Source: an uncultured Flavobacteriales bacterium (GTDB taxonomy: Bacteria > Bacteroidota > Bacteroidia > CAIKAF01). Taken from it: a DNA stretch of 64,000 bases. The stretch spans positions 43,782-107,781 of the forward strand of contig CAILUT010000005.1 in assembly GCA_903837495.1 (NCBI GenBank), written 5' to 3'. Every line of letters starts with the position of its first letter. Positions within the stretch are counted from its first letter, which is position 1. A program made the translations under genes and the position numbers. Below are positions 57,228 through 64,000 of the stretch, one piece after another. The notes beneath the pieces are model-generated. The model searched no databases, was not told the DNA's origin, and was given only the letters and a program-made list of their open reading frames with translations.

Positions 57228-57472
57228 TCACTAGTGAAAAAACGTTTGATGCTTTGATTTTTGCTTCGTCACGTAAAGGGGTGGCGAAGAACACTTCGGG
57301 TTCTTTAAGCGTGAAGTTTGATGGTGAACCACAGAAGAGCCGAACGGCAATTTTGGGGTTCATCCGGGGGTCTCAGAAATGCCTCTGGGCCTAGGCAAAG
57401 GAAACTTTGTTAAAGTCTAGGGGCGGGAATTATGGGCATGAGACGGGTGATTTGGCAACTCACCATTTTTTT
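57228..57472 (+). ncRNA. candidate small RNA (about 240 nt) bounded by promoter and intrinsic terminator
   Basis: No ORF longer than about 30 aa on plus. The 3' end GGTGA-TTTGGCAAC-TCACC hairpin + TTTTTTT sits at 57446-57472. No match to tmRNA, RNase P or SRP signatures. Confidence 0.3.
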
Positions 57473-57652
57473 AAGAGGCGTTGAGTGAAGAGGCTGGAGA
57501 AGGAAAGGCAAGAGGAAGAGGGAAGGAACAACTTTTTTAGGCAGCGTTTTTTTCTGGTTGAGGCAGGCTCGCCCAAGGGAGTCCATTCTACTGTTGCAGT
57601 TAGGATGCACCGCTATTGGACAGAACTCAACGACTTAAGCAGTCCCAAAAAA

Positions 57653-58051
57653 TCAGCCCCTTGAAAAGGCCCCCAAAATTTGCTGCAGCAATCGAGCGTC
57701 ATTCCCACACCAGTTAAGCAGCCTCCAAAATTCCGGAGCCACCCAAACCACCGAATCATGGTCGCTGCTGTGGCTGGGCCAATCCAATGCACAGCTCGCC
57801 TCTAAAGCAATCAACCTTAGGTTTGCTGCTCCCGCTTGCTCCACACTCCCCAAAACCCGCCCAACCTTCAATTCCATCCCCAACTCTTCCTGGAACTCTC
57901 GAACAAGCGCTTGCCCCGCCGTTTCACCCTGACCTACTTTCCCCCCCGGCAATTCCCACAGCCCCGCATTTGTCTTCCCCGCCTTTTTCCTTGCCGCCAA
58001 AAACAAGCCTTGCCTCCATACCAATCCGCAAACCACCTGTAGCTGACTCAT
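57653..58051 (-). CDS. NUDIX hydrolase (MutT/8-oxo-dGTP diphosphatase-like)
   Basis: Nudix box GLWELPGGKVGQGETAGQALVREFQEELG. Start MSQLQVV overlaps the upstream gene by ATGA. Confidence 0.75.
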   Translation of the reverse strand: MSQLQVVCGLVWRQGLFLAARKKAGKTNAGLWELPGGKVGQGETAGQALVREFQEELGMELKVGRVLGSVEQAGAANLRLIALEASCALDWPSHSSDHDSVVWVAPEFWRLLNWCGNDARLLQQILGAFSRG

Positions 58052-60333
58052 GGTATTTCCTGCCAATGGTTGTTCCACATGCGGTACGCTCCAAATACAC
58101 CCCCCACATCTATATCCAAGGGCCTTAACATAAACCGATTCACTCCAAATGCCTTGGATTGAAAGTCGTAGGCGGTTAATGCGATTCGGTACCGCATGTT
58201 TGGCCGGGCAACAAAGGTAAGCGAGCAACGTGCCCAGCCTCCATCCAAACATCGGCTTCGAGCAGGATTTGCCTGGGCTATCCATTGTCCTTGGCCCTGC
58301 TCATTCACTTCCTCAACAAACAAAACCCCATTCACTGAATTGCTTTGGCGGGCATCTACCCACAGGCTTGCTTCGTAGGCCTCTGGATTCAAACCAAGGC
58401 TGTCCAGCAAAACATGGTATTCACTTCTAGGAATCTGTTTTGCTTTATTTCCGTACGGCGGAGCCTCCCCGTAGCTTTGGTCGGCAAGCCGATTAAAATG
58501 CTTCGCTTTATTTCCGTACGGTGCCGCCCCCGGGTAGCTTTGGTCGGCAAGCAGGTTGAAATGCACGGAATCGCGCTCCGCCGCCTCTGCCAAAGGAAGA
58601 ACCCGCATCCAATCTTCAGCTCGAATAAGCCCTAAACGGTAGGTGGAATCTACCGCCAAGACCTTAAACGGCTTTCGATGCGACCACCGGGCTTGGTTCC
58701 AATCCAAATCCTTTGGATAAAGCAGAGCCAAGATCTTGCCCTTCAATGCCCGCTGAAAATGGGGGCTCGGGGTGTACCAAGGCTCGCTCGAAAAGCCACC
58801 AGTAGCTAAGGCCTGTTCTTCGTTTGGTCGAATTAATATCCCGCCTACGGTTGGCACATTCCCAAGTACACTTAGAACATAGGCCAAGCGCCGCAGCTCA
58901 ACCGGGTTTTCGCCGGCGGTCATCAAACTCCCTTCAAACAAAAAGGGTTCGGTCAGCAAGGCCGCCGGTTTTTCGGACCTCAAAAGCGCCAAACCGGCTT
59001 TAAATTCTTCCGATTGATGGGATTCGGAATACAGGTTGGGGGTTTTTAGGTGGATGTCGGTTAAAAACCGAATGTGGCCATGGGCTTCGATCCCTGCCGG
59101 CATCAAGACCAATGCCAACAAAAAACTGCGCCGAAGGGGGGCGGTGTTTTTAAGGGCAGAGTAGAAAGCCAGCCCAACCGAAAATCCAAGGACTCCGTAC
59201 ATAGGCCAAGCAAAACGCATCACAAACCGAAACTGCTTTAAGTAGGGCACCACTTCAAACAACCACGAAAACCGACTCAAACCAAACAAACCACTTGCAA
59301 AAAGCAACAAACCCAATCCCGCAAAAACAGCCGACCTTGGAAGGGCCTTAAACAGGGATTTACCATAGCCCAAAACGAAAACCCAGAGCAGGGTCCACCA
59401 TACCGACCAAGGAATAAAAGCAAACTCCCAAGCCTGGGAACTGCCTGCATCGCCAATCCACACGTTCAGCCATTCATTTACATGGCCTACCCCCGGCAGC
59501 AACCACTGGGCCAAGCTCATTTGATTGTCGGTAGCGCCCCAAGGCTCTTGGGTTCGGAAATTAGAGGCCAAATCGCTCCATTTTAAAAACACCACAAAAA
59601 GCAACAAGGGCAAGGCCAGCAGAAAGGCCCGAAACCAGGTTTGAAATTTAAAGGGCTTGGCCAACAAAACCCACAACAGAGCAAAGGAACCGTTTACTAA
59701 TCCTAAATACGGATGAATTAACACCGATAAAGCGACCCAAAAAGAGGCACTAAAAATAGGTCGAAGCGTATTGGATTGCTCGGTCGATTTTAGCAATGCC
59801 AAACATAAATACGGAAAAAGAGCGGTGTAGGCCAGTGAAAAGTTGCCGTTGTTTTTTAGCCACTGGGGGGCCAACAACGAAAGAGCTAAGGCCAAAATGC
59901 CGGCAGCCATTGCAGGCATGCCTTTGTAGCGGCCCAACCGATACCAACCCAAATGGGTAAACAGCAACTGAGCCAAAACAAGGCCATTAAACACCCCCAC
60001 CATGTAGGGCCGAAGGCTGGGAAAAAGAGAAAAGAACCCCGCAGAAAACCAACACAACAACGGATTGGCATCTAAGTAAAACAAATGCTCAGCAAAGGGG
60101 AAAAACCAAGAATCCAACCAACATCCTGAGGCATGCCCCAAAGCAAACTCGGCATACACCCGATACGCCCGATCCGCATCGCTCCAATACGAAAAAAGGA
60201 CCTGATTTAGGTGAATGGGCAGGGGCCAGTACAGCAGCAGCACCGCCACAATGGGCAAGACCCAAGCCCAAAAAAGGGTTTTTGAAGCCTCAAGCCTCAA
60301 TACAACAGGTGTTTTTTGGAGCTGTTCTTCCAC
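58048..60333 (-). CDS. YfhO-like large polytopic membrane protein (putative glycosyl/lipid transferase) with C-terminal extracytoplasmic domain
   Basis: More than 12 TM helices in the N-terminal about 450 aa, soluble C-terminal about 300 aa. Contains an internal about 60-bp tandem repeat (58430-58555) encoding (A)PYGNKAK. Confidence 0.5.
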   Translation of the reverse strand: MEEQLQKTPVVLRLEASKTLFWAWVLPIVAVLLLYWPLPIHLNQVLFSYWSDADRAYRVYAEFALGHASGCWLDSWFFPFAEHLFYLDANPLLCWFSAGFFSLFPSLRPYMVGVFNGLVLAQLLFTHLGWYRLGRYKGMPAMAAGILALALSLLAPQWLKNNGNFSLAYTALFPYLCLALLKSTEQSNTLRPIFSASFWVALSVLIHPYLGLVNGSFALLWVLLAKPFKFQTWFRAFLLALPLLLFVVFLKWSDLASNFRTQEPWGATDNQMSLAQWLLPGVGHVNEWLNVWIGDAGSSQAWEFAFIPWSVWWTLLWVFVLGYGKSLFKALPRSAVFAGLGLLLFASGLFGLSRFSWLFEVVPYLKQFRFVMRFAWPMYGVLGFSVGLAFYSALKNTAPLRRSFLLALVLMPAGIEAHGHIRFLTDIHLKTPNLYSESHQSEEFKAGLALLRSEKPAALLTEPFLFEGSLMTAGENPVELRRLAYVLSVLGNVPTVGGILIRPNEEQALATGGFSSEPWYTPSPHFQRALKGKILALLYPKDLDWNQARWSHRKPFKVLAVDSTYRLGLIRAEDWMRVLPLAEAAERDSVHFNLLADQSYPGAAPYGNKAKHFNRLADQSYGEAPPYGNKAKQIPRSEYHVLLDSLGLNPEAYEASLWVDARQSNSVNGVLFVEEVNEQGQGQWIAQANPARSRCLDGGWARCSLTFVARPNMRYRIALTAYDFQSKAFGVNRFMLRPLDIDVGGVFGAYRMWNNHWQEIP

Positions 60334-60629
60334 CCAGCCCGGTACTCAGCATCTACAAAGTAAATTTTTAGGTCGGCACGGTATTCCGCATCGGTAAAAA
60401 ACACTTTTTTCTTGGCTTGGTATTCGGAAGAAACAAAAAACCATTTTCCGTCGTTTTGCCCTGCTTGGTATTCCGATTTTACCCGATAAACAAGCAAGTC
60501 GGCCCGGTATTCGGCATCTACCACATACACTTTTACATCGGCCCGGTATTCATAATCTACGCTGAACACCTTTTGGCCTAGGGCAAACGTGGAAAAAAGC
60601 ATAAAAAGGAAGGAAAAGGCAATTTTCAT
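60297..60629 (-). CDS. small secreted repeat protein (tandem VD(A/S)EY(R/Q)A(D/G) motifs; DUF6150-like)
   Basis: Signal peptide MKIAFSFLFMLFSTFALGQ. Six repeats of about 16 aa: VDYEYRADVKVYVVDAEYRADLLVYRVKSEYQAG... Confidence 0.5.
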   Translation of the reverse strand: MKIAFSFLFMLFSTFALGQKVFSVDYEYRADVKVYVVDAEYRADLLVYRVKSEYQAGQNDGKWFFVSSEYQAKKKVFFTDAEYRADLKIYFVDAEYRAGWKNSSKKHLLY

Positions 60630-60693
60630 ACTCAAGGGCTTTGAGTAAAAGTATTGAATTCCAGTGTAAACACCACCTTCTTTACAGGCTCAA

Positions 60694-63180
60694 TCAACTC
60701 GGTATAGGCTTGCTTGAAGCAGGAGGCATTAGTTGCATCGCTCCTTTCACTTGGGTGCCAAGCAAGGCATATTGCAGCACCTGCTCCATGGTGCTAACGT
60801 ATTCAAAATGAATGCCGGTAAGGTAAGAGGGCTCAATTTCCTCAACATCTCGGCGGTTGTCTTCGGCCATTACAATGGTTTGAATGTTCGCCCGCTTGGC
60901 GGCCAGCACTTTTTCTTTAATTCCGCCCACGGGCAACACTTGTCCGCGCAGGGTAATTTCGCCGGTCATGGCCAGTTTTGGCCGCACTTTGCGTTGGGTA
61001 AACGCCGAAGCCAAGGCTGTAAGCATGGTTATACCAGCCGAAGGACCGTCTTTGGGTGTGGCCCCTTCGGGCACGTGCAAATGCACATTCCAATTGTCGA
61101 ACACCTCATGCGGTATTTTTAGTCGGTCCGCTTTGCTTTTTAGGTATTCAAGGGCAATATGGGCCGATTCTTTCATAACGCCCCCCAGGTTTCCGGTTAA
61201 GGTAAGCCGGCCCTTGCCTCGGCTTAAGCTGGTTTCAATAAAGAGAATGTCGCCCCCCACGGCGGTATAAGCCAAACCCACCACCACTCCGGCCTGTTCG
61301 TTGTTCTCGTATTTTTCTTTGGGTAAAGGAGGCCCTAAAATTTTGCTGACCTGTTCTTTGCTCAATTTCGCATGGAAATACTGTTCAGAGGCGGCAGCCA
61401 CAGCCGCTTTTCGAACCAAAGCAGCAATTTTACGCTCCAGGTTTCGAACTCCGCTTTCGCGGGTGTACGATTCAATAAGGAATTCCAAAACCGATTTGCT
61501 AAGCTGAATGGCGTTTTTTTCCAAGCCATGTTCTTTCAATTGCCGGTGCAACAGGTGTTTTTTGGCAATTTCTACTTTTTCTTCTACCGAATAGCCGCTG
61601 ATGTGGATGATTTCCATGCGGTCGCGCAGCGCAGGTTGAATGGATGACAGGTTGTTGGCGGTGGCAATGAACAGAACCCGACTAAGGTCAAAATCCAAAT
61701 CCAAGAAATTGTCGTGAAAGCTGTTGTTTTGTTCCGGATCCAACACTTCAAGCATGGCGCTGGAAGGGTCTCCATGCACATCTCGGCTCAGCTTGTCGAT
61801 TTCATCTAAAATAAAAACGGGATTCGCCGTAGCCGATTTTTTAAGGCTTTGCAAGATTCTGCCCGGCATGGCACCAATATAGGTGCGGCGATGTCCTCGA
61901 ATTTCGCTTTCGTCCCGCAAACCGCCCAAAGACATTCGGGTGTACTTGCGGCCTATCGCCTCGGCCACCGAACGGCCCAAGGAGGTTTTGCCGACTCCCG
62001 GAGGTCCCGCCAAGCATAAAATGGGAGCCCGCATGTCGCCGCGAAGCTTCAACACCGCCAAGTGTTCTAAAATCCGCTCTTTGACCTTTTCCAAACCAAA
62101 ATGATCCCTGTCCAGAATTTTCCGCGCCCGTTGAAGGTCAAATTGATCGTTAGAATAAACCGACCAAGGCAGATCGGTCATAAACTCCAGGTAGTTCATT
62201 TGAACCGAATAATCGGGCGCCATGCTGTTCATGCGTTCCAGCTTGGCCAACTCTTTCTCAAAGGTTTTTTGTACGGCTTTGCTCCATTTTAGCTTGCTTG
62301 CCTTTTTACGCAGTTCTTTGATGTCAATCGTTTCTCCATTGCCCAGTTCCTCTTGAATTTGCCGCATTTGTTGGTGCAAAAAATACTCCCGTTGCTGTTT
62401 GTCCATGTCCACCCGCACCTTGCTTTGAATTTGGTTTTTCAACTCAAGCAGCTGAGATTCTTTGTGCAAGGCCTGAAGCAACACGGTGGCTCTTTCTTTT
62501 AAGTCCCGCACCTCAAGCATGGCTTGCTTTTCTTCCATGGAGTTGCTTAGGTTGGAAGAAACAAAGTGAATTAAGAACGAGGGACTCTCAATGTTTCGAA
62601 TGGCGAAAGCCGCTTCGCTGGGCAGGTTGGGACTGGCTTGAATGATGTCTAAAGCCAGGTCTTTGATCGAGGAAACCATGGCGTTGAATTCCGAATCGGC
62701 CTCTTCGGGCGTTCCTTCCTCAAAAATGCTGGCCTGGGCGGTCAAATACGGTTCCTCGCTTAAAATCGCTTCAATTTGGCAGCGGCGTTTGCCTTGAATA
62801 ATGGCTGTGGTGCTGCCGTCGGGCATGCGCAGCATTTTCAAGATGCTGGCCACCGTACCAATTTCAAACAGGTCAGATTGGCTAGGGTCTTCTACCTCGG
62901 CATCGCGCTGGGCCACCACACCAATAATGCGCTTTCCTTTGTAGGCATCGCGGATCAACTTAATGCTTTTGTCTCGGCCCACTGTAATGGGAATAACCAC
63001 TCCGGGAAACAACACCGTATTGCGCAGGGGAAGAATCGGCAGTTCTTTTGGGATTTCCGACACCTCCAAATGCCCTTCCTCTTCGGTGGTCATTAAGGGA
63101 ATAAAATCTGTGTCTTCGCCAATCAAATGATATGTCATATTGTCCGTTTCGTGGTAAATGTACGGAGCTTCAAGCGCCAA
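60694..63180 (-). CDS. lon: endopeptidase La (Lon protease)
   Basis: LON N-terminal domain, AAA+ Walker [11 protein letters not shown]-terminal proteolytic domain [11 protein letters not shown] with catalytic Ser. About 828 aa. Confidence 0.9.
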   Translation of the reverse strand: MALEAPYIYHETDNMTYHLIGEDTDFIPLMTTEEEGHLEVSEIPKELPILPLRNTVLFPGVVIPITVGRDKSIKLIRDAYKGKRIIGVVAQRDAEVEDPSQSDLFEIGTVASILKMLRMPDGSTTAIIQGKRRCQIEAILSEEPYLTAQASIFEEGTPEEADSEFNAMVSSIKDLALDIIQASPNLPSEAAFAIRNIESPSFLIHFVSSNLSNSMEEKQAMLEVRDLKERATVLLQALHKESQLLELKNQIQSKVRVDMDKQQREYFLHQQMRQIQEELGNGETIDIKELRKKASKLKWSKAVQKTFEKELAKLERMNSMAPDYSVQMNYLEFMTDLPWSVYSNDQFDLQRARKILDRDHFGLEKVKERILEHLAVLKLRGDMRAPILCLAGPPGVGKTSLGRSVAEAIGRKYTRMSLGGLRDESEIRGHRRTYIGAMPGRILQSLKKSATANPVFILDEIDKLSRDVHGDPSSAMLEVLDPEQNNSFHDNFLDLDFDLSRVLFIATANNLSSIQPALRDRMEIIHISGYSVEEKVEIAKKHLLHRQLKEHGLEKNAIQLSKSVLEFLIESYTRESGVRNLERKIAALVRKAAVAAASEQYFHAKLSKEQVSKILGPPLPKEKYENNEQAGVVVGLAYTAVGGDILFIETSLSRGKGRLTLTGNLGGVMKESAHIALEYLKSKADRLKIPHEVFDNWNVHLHVPEGATPKDGPSAGITMLTALASAFTQRKVRPKLAMTGEITLRGQVLPVGGIKEKVLAAKRANIQTIVMAEDNRRDVEEIEPSYLTGIHFEYVSTMEQVLQYALLGTQVKGAMQLMPPASSKPIPS

Positions 63181-63249
63181 CTTGTCGCGTGCCGATGTAA
63201 ATATCAGGAGTTTTAATGCAAATCCCTGATATTACATATCCCGTGCCAA

Positions 63250-63388
63250 GTAGAGCCGCAAAATGTTGCGGCTGATTTGCGGTGGAGACGGAAAATGTTG
63301 CGTCTGATTTGCGGTGGAGACGCAAAATATTGCGTCTCTACTGTTCCTTGATCATCAAAGGTGGAGACGCAAAATATTGCGTCTCTAC
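63250..63388. repeat. REP hairpin cluster 3 (4 copies, 31-47 bp period; first copy carries a compensated stem variant GAGCCGC/GCGGCTC)
   Basis: GTAGAGCCGCAAAATGTTGCGGCTG; GGTGGAGACGGAAAATGTTGCGTCTG; GGTGGAGACGCAAAATATTGCGTCTCTAC twice. Confidence 0.75.
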
Positions 63389-63420
63389 AGGCGATAAACG
63401 GCCACGATGCGCGGCAGGGA

Positions 63421-63544
63421 TTGACGCAACTACCCCGCAAAGGTGCCGACGGCTGGCCCGCTAGGTGCGGAGGCGACGTGAGGAGCCCCCGCAAACCAGC
63501 TGGGCCAGCCTTTCGGCACCTGCGGAGTAGTGCGGAAAGCCCGG
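63421..63544 (+). repeat. GC-rich nested-hairpin intergenic element, copy G
   Basis: GCGGCAGGGATTGACGCAACTACCCCGCAAAGG...GTGCGGAGGCGACGTGAGGAGCCCCCGCAAACCAGCTGGG...GAAAGCCCGGCTGCCGCCCCCC. Stem GGTGCCGACGGCTGGCCC/GGGCCAGCCTTTCGGCACC. Confidence 0.7.
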
Positions 63545-63563
63545 CTGCCGCCCCCCAAAAAAA

Positions 63564-64000
63564 TCACTTCCTGCCCGACCTGTCCTTGCGTTTGTATTGC
63601 AGCGCGGCCGAAGGCTCTGGCACAAAATGCCCTACCCCACCCCCGCGCGGATCGTTGAAATGCTCGGGGATTTTGCCCAACACCGTGCGCTCGGCCCAGG
63701 TTTCTGTCTTGCTGCCGTCGTCGCGGCGCTCCATCGTTATGCAGTCCTCGACCGGGCAAACCAGTGAACATAAATTGCAGCCTACGCAGTTTTCGTCGAT
63801 GATTTCAGGCACCCGACTGCCGTTGATTGGCAATGCAATGGCCTGGTGGGCGCCGTCGTCGCAGGCAATGTGGCACAGCTGACAGCCTATGCACTTGTCG
63901 GCGTTGATGCTGGCCACCACTTTGTAATGCAAATTTAAGTGCTTCCATTCCACCACGTTGGGCACGGCCTTGCCGGCGAAATCGTAGATGGTGCTGTAGC
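63564..64000 (-). CDS. 4Fe-4S dicluster domain protein, PreA/dihydropyrimidine-dehydrogenase-subunit-like C-terminus (partial; continues past window end)
   Basis: Two CxxCxxCxxxCP ferredoxin motifs (CIGCQLCHIAC, CVGCNLCSLVCP) preceded by ...VVEWKHLNLHYKVVA. The reading frame is open to position 64000. Confidence 0.6.
   Translation of the reverse strand, partial: YSTIYDFAGKAVPNVVEWKHLNLHYKVVASINADKCIGCQLCHIACDDGAHQAIALPINGSRVPEIIDENCVGCNLCSLVCPVEDCITMERRDDGSKTETWAERTVLGKIPEHFNDPRGGGVGHFVPEPSAALQYKRKDRSGRK

Noticed and set aside
57024-57257. 77-aa ORF MSAVAGHCPSGLAGAPKVASAPRGASP...
   Set aside because: Entirely within GC-rich element copy F, and its peptide mirrors the artefactual repeat translations seen at other copies.
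57228-57472. tmRNA, RNase P RNA or SRP RNA in the orphan promoter-terminator unit
   Set aside because: No tRNA-like 5'/3' ends or tag ORF (tmRNA), no AGGAAAGTCCGGGC P4 motif (RNase P), no AGGAAGCAGCC domain-IV motif (SRP). Kept only as an unspecified sRNA candidate.
63213-63882. ORFs 63213..63494, 63282..63464, 63361..63882, 63430..63771
   Set aside because: They read through REP cluster 3 and GC-rich copy G. High GC inflates ORF length, and the peptides are low-complexity Arg/Pro/Gly-rich.

Overview
Chromosomal segment from a Bacteroidota genome, probably a gliding, T9SS-bearing Cytophagia/Sphingobacteriia/Flavobacteriia-type organism. The taxon call rests on a fused SecDF, four T9SS C-terminal sorting domains (three type A, one type B 'gliding motility' CTD), a DUF5686/CarboxypepD_reg protein, an ECF sigma / anti-sigma pair, and exact Bacteroidetes -7 promoter boxes TACCTTTG. 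Housekeeping genes are dense: gcvH, msrA, secDF, murB, mpl, lpdA, rsgA, valS, deoC, recJ, lptB, lon and tRNA-Gln(UUG).

Two repeat systems stand out. The first is a REP/RAYT locus. An IS200-like HuH-Y1 tyrosine transposase (RAYT) is flanked by arrays of a 10-bp-stem palindromic hairpin, GTAGAGACGC-N8-GCGTCTCTAC, and is also interrupted in frame by one such array. About 16 hairpin copies fall in three clusters. The second is a family of about 125-145 bp, roughly 70% GC, nested-hairpin intergenic elements with the core GCGGAGGCGAC-NNN-AGGAGCCCCCGCAAGCCCGCTGGG and GCGGCAG/CTGCCGC ends. There are 7 copies in both orientations. Their stems differ in sequence between copies but remain complementary, which indicates selection on structure. 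I do not recognise them as any described family.

Other notable items:
- 3'-end tandem duplications of tonB and of an EamA gene, each next to a GC-rich element.
- A promoter-plus-terminator unit of about 240 nt without an ORF (candidate sRNA).
- A KDN/NeuB-like synthase and KdsC-like phosphatase pair embedded among two fatty-acid-hydroxylase paralogs and a CrtI-like oxidoreductase.
- A three-gene operon of uncharacterised secreted proteins.
- A small AT-rich islet of tiny membrane-protein genes abutting tRNA-Gln.
- No CRISPR array and no rRNA.
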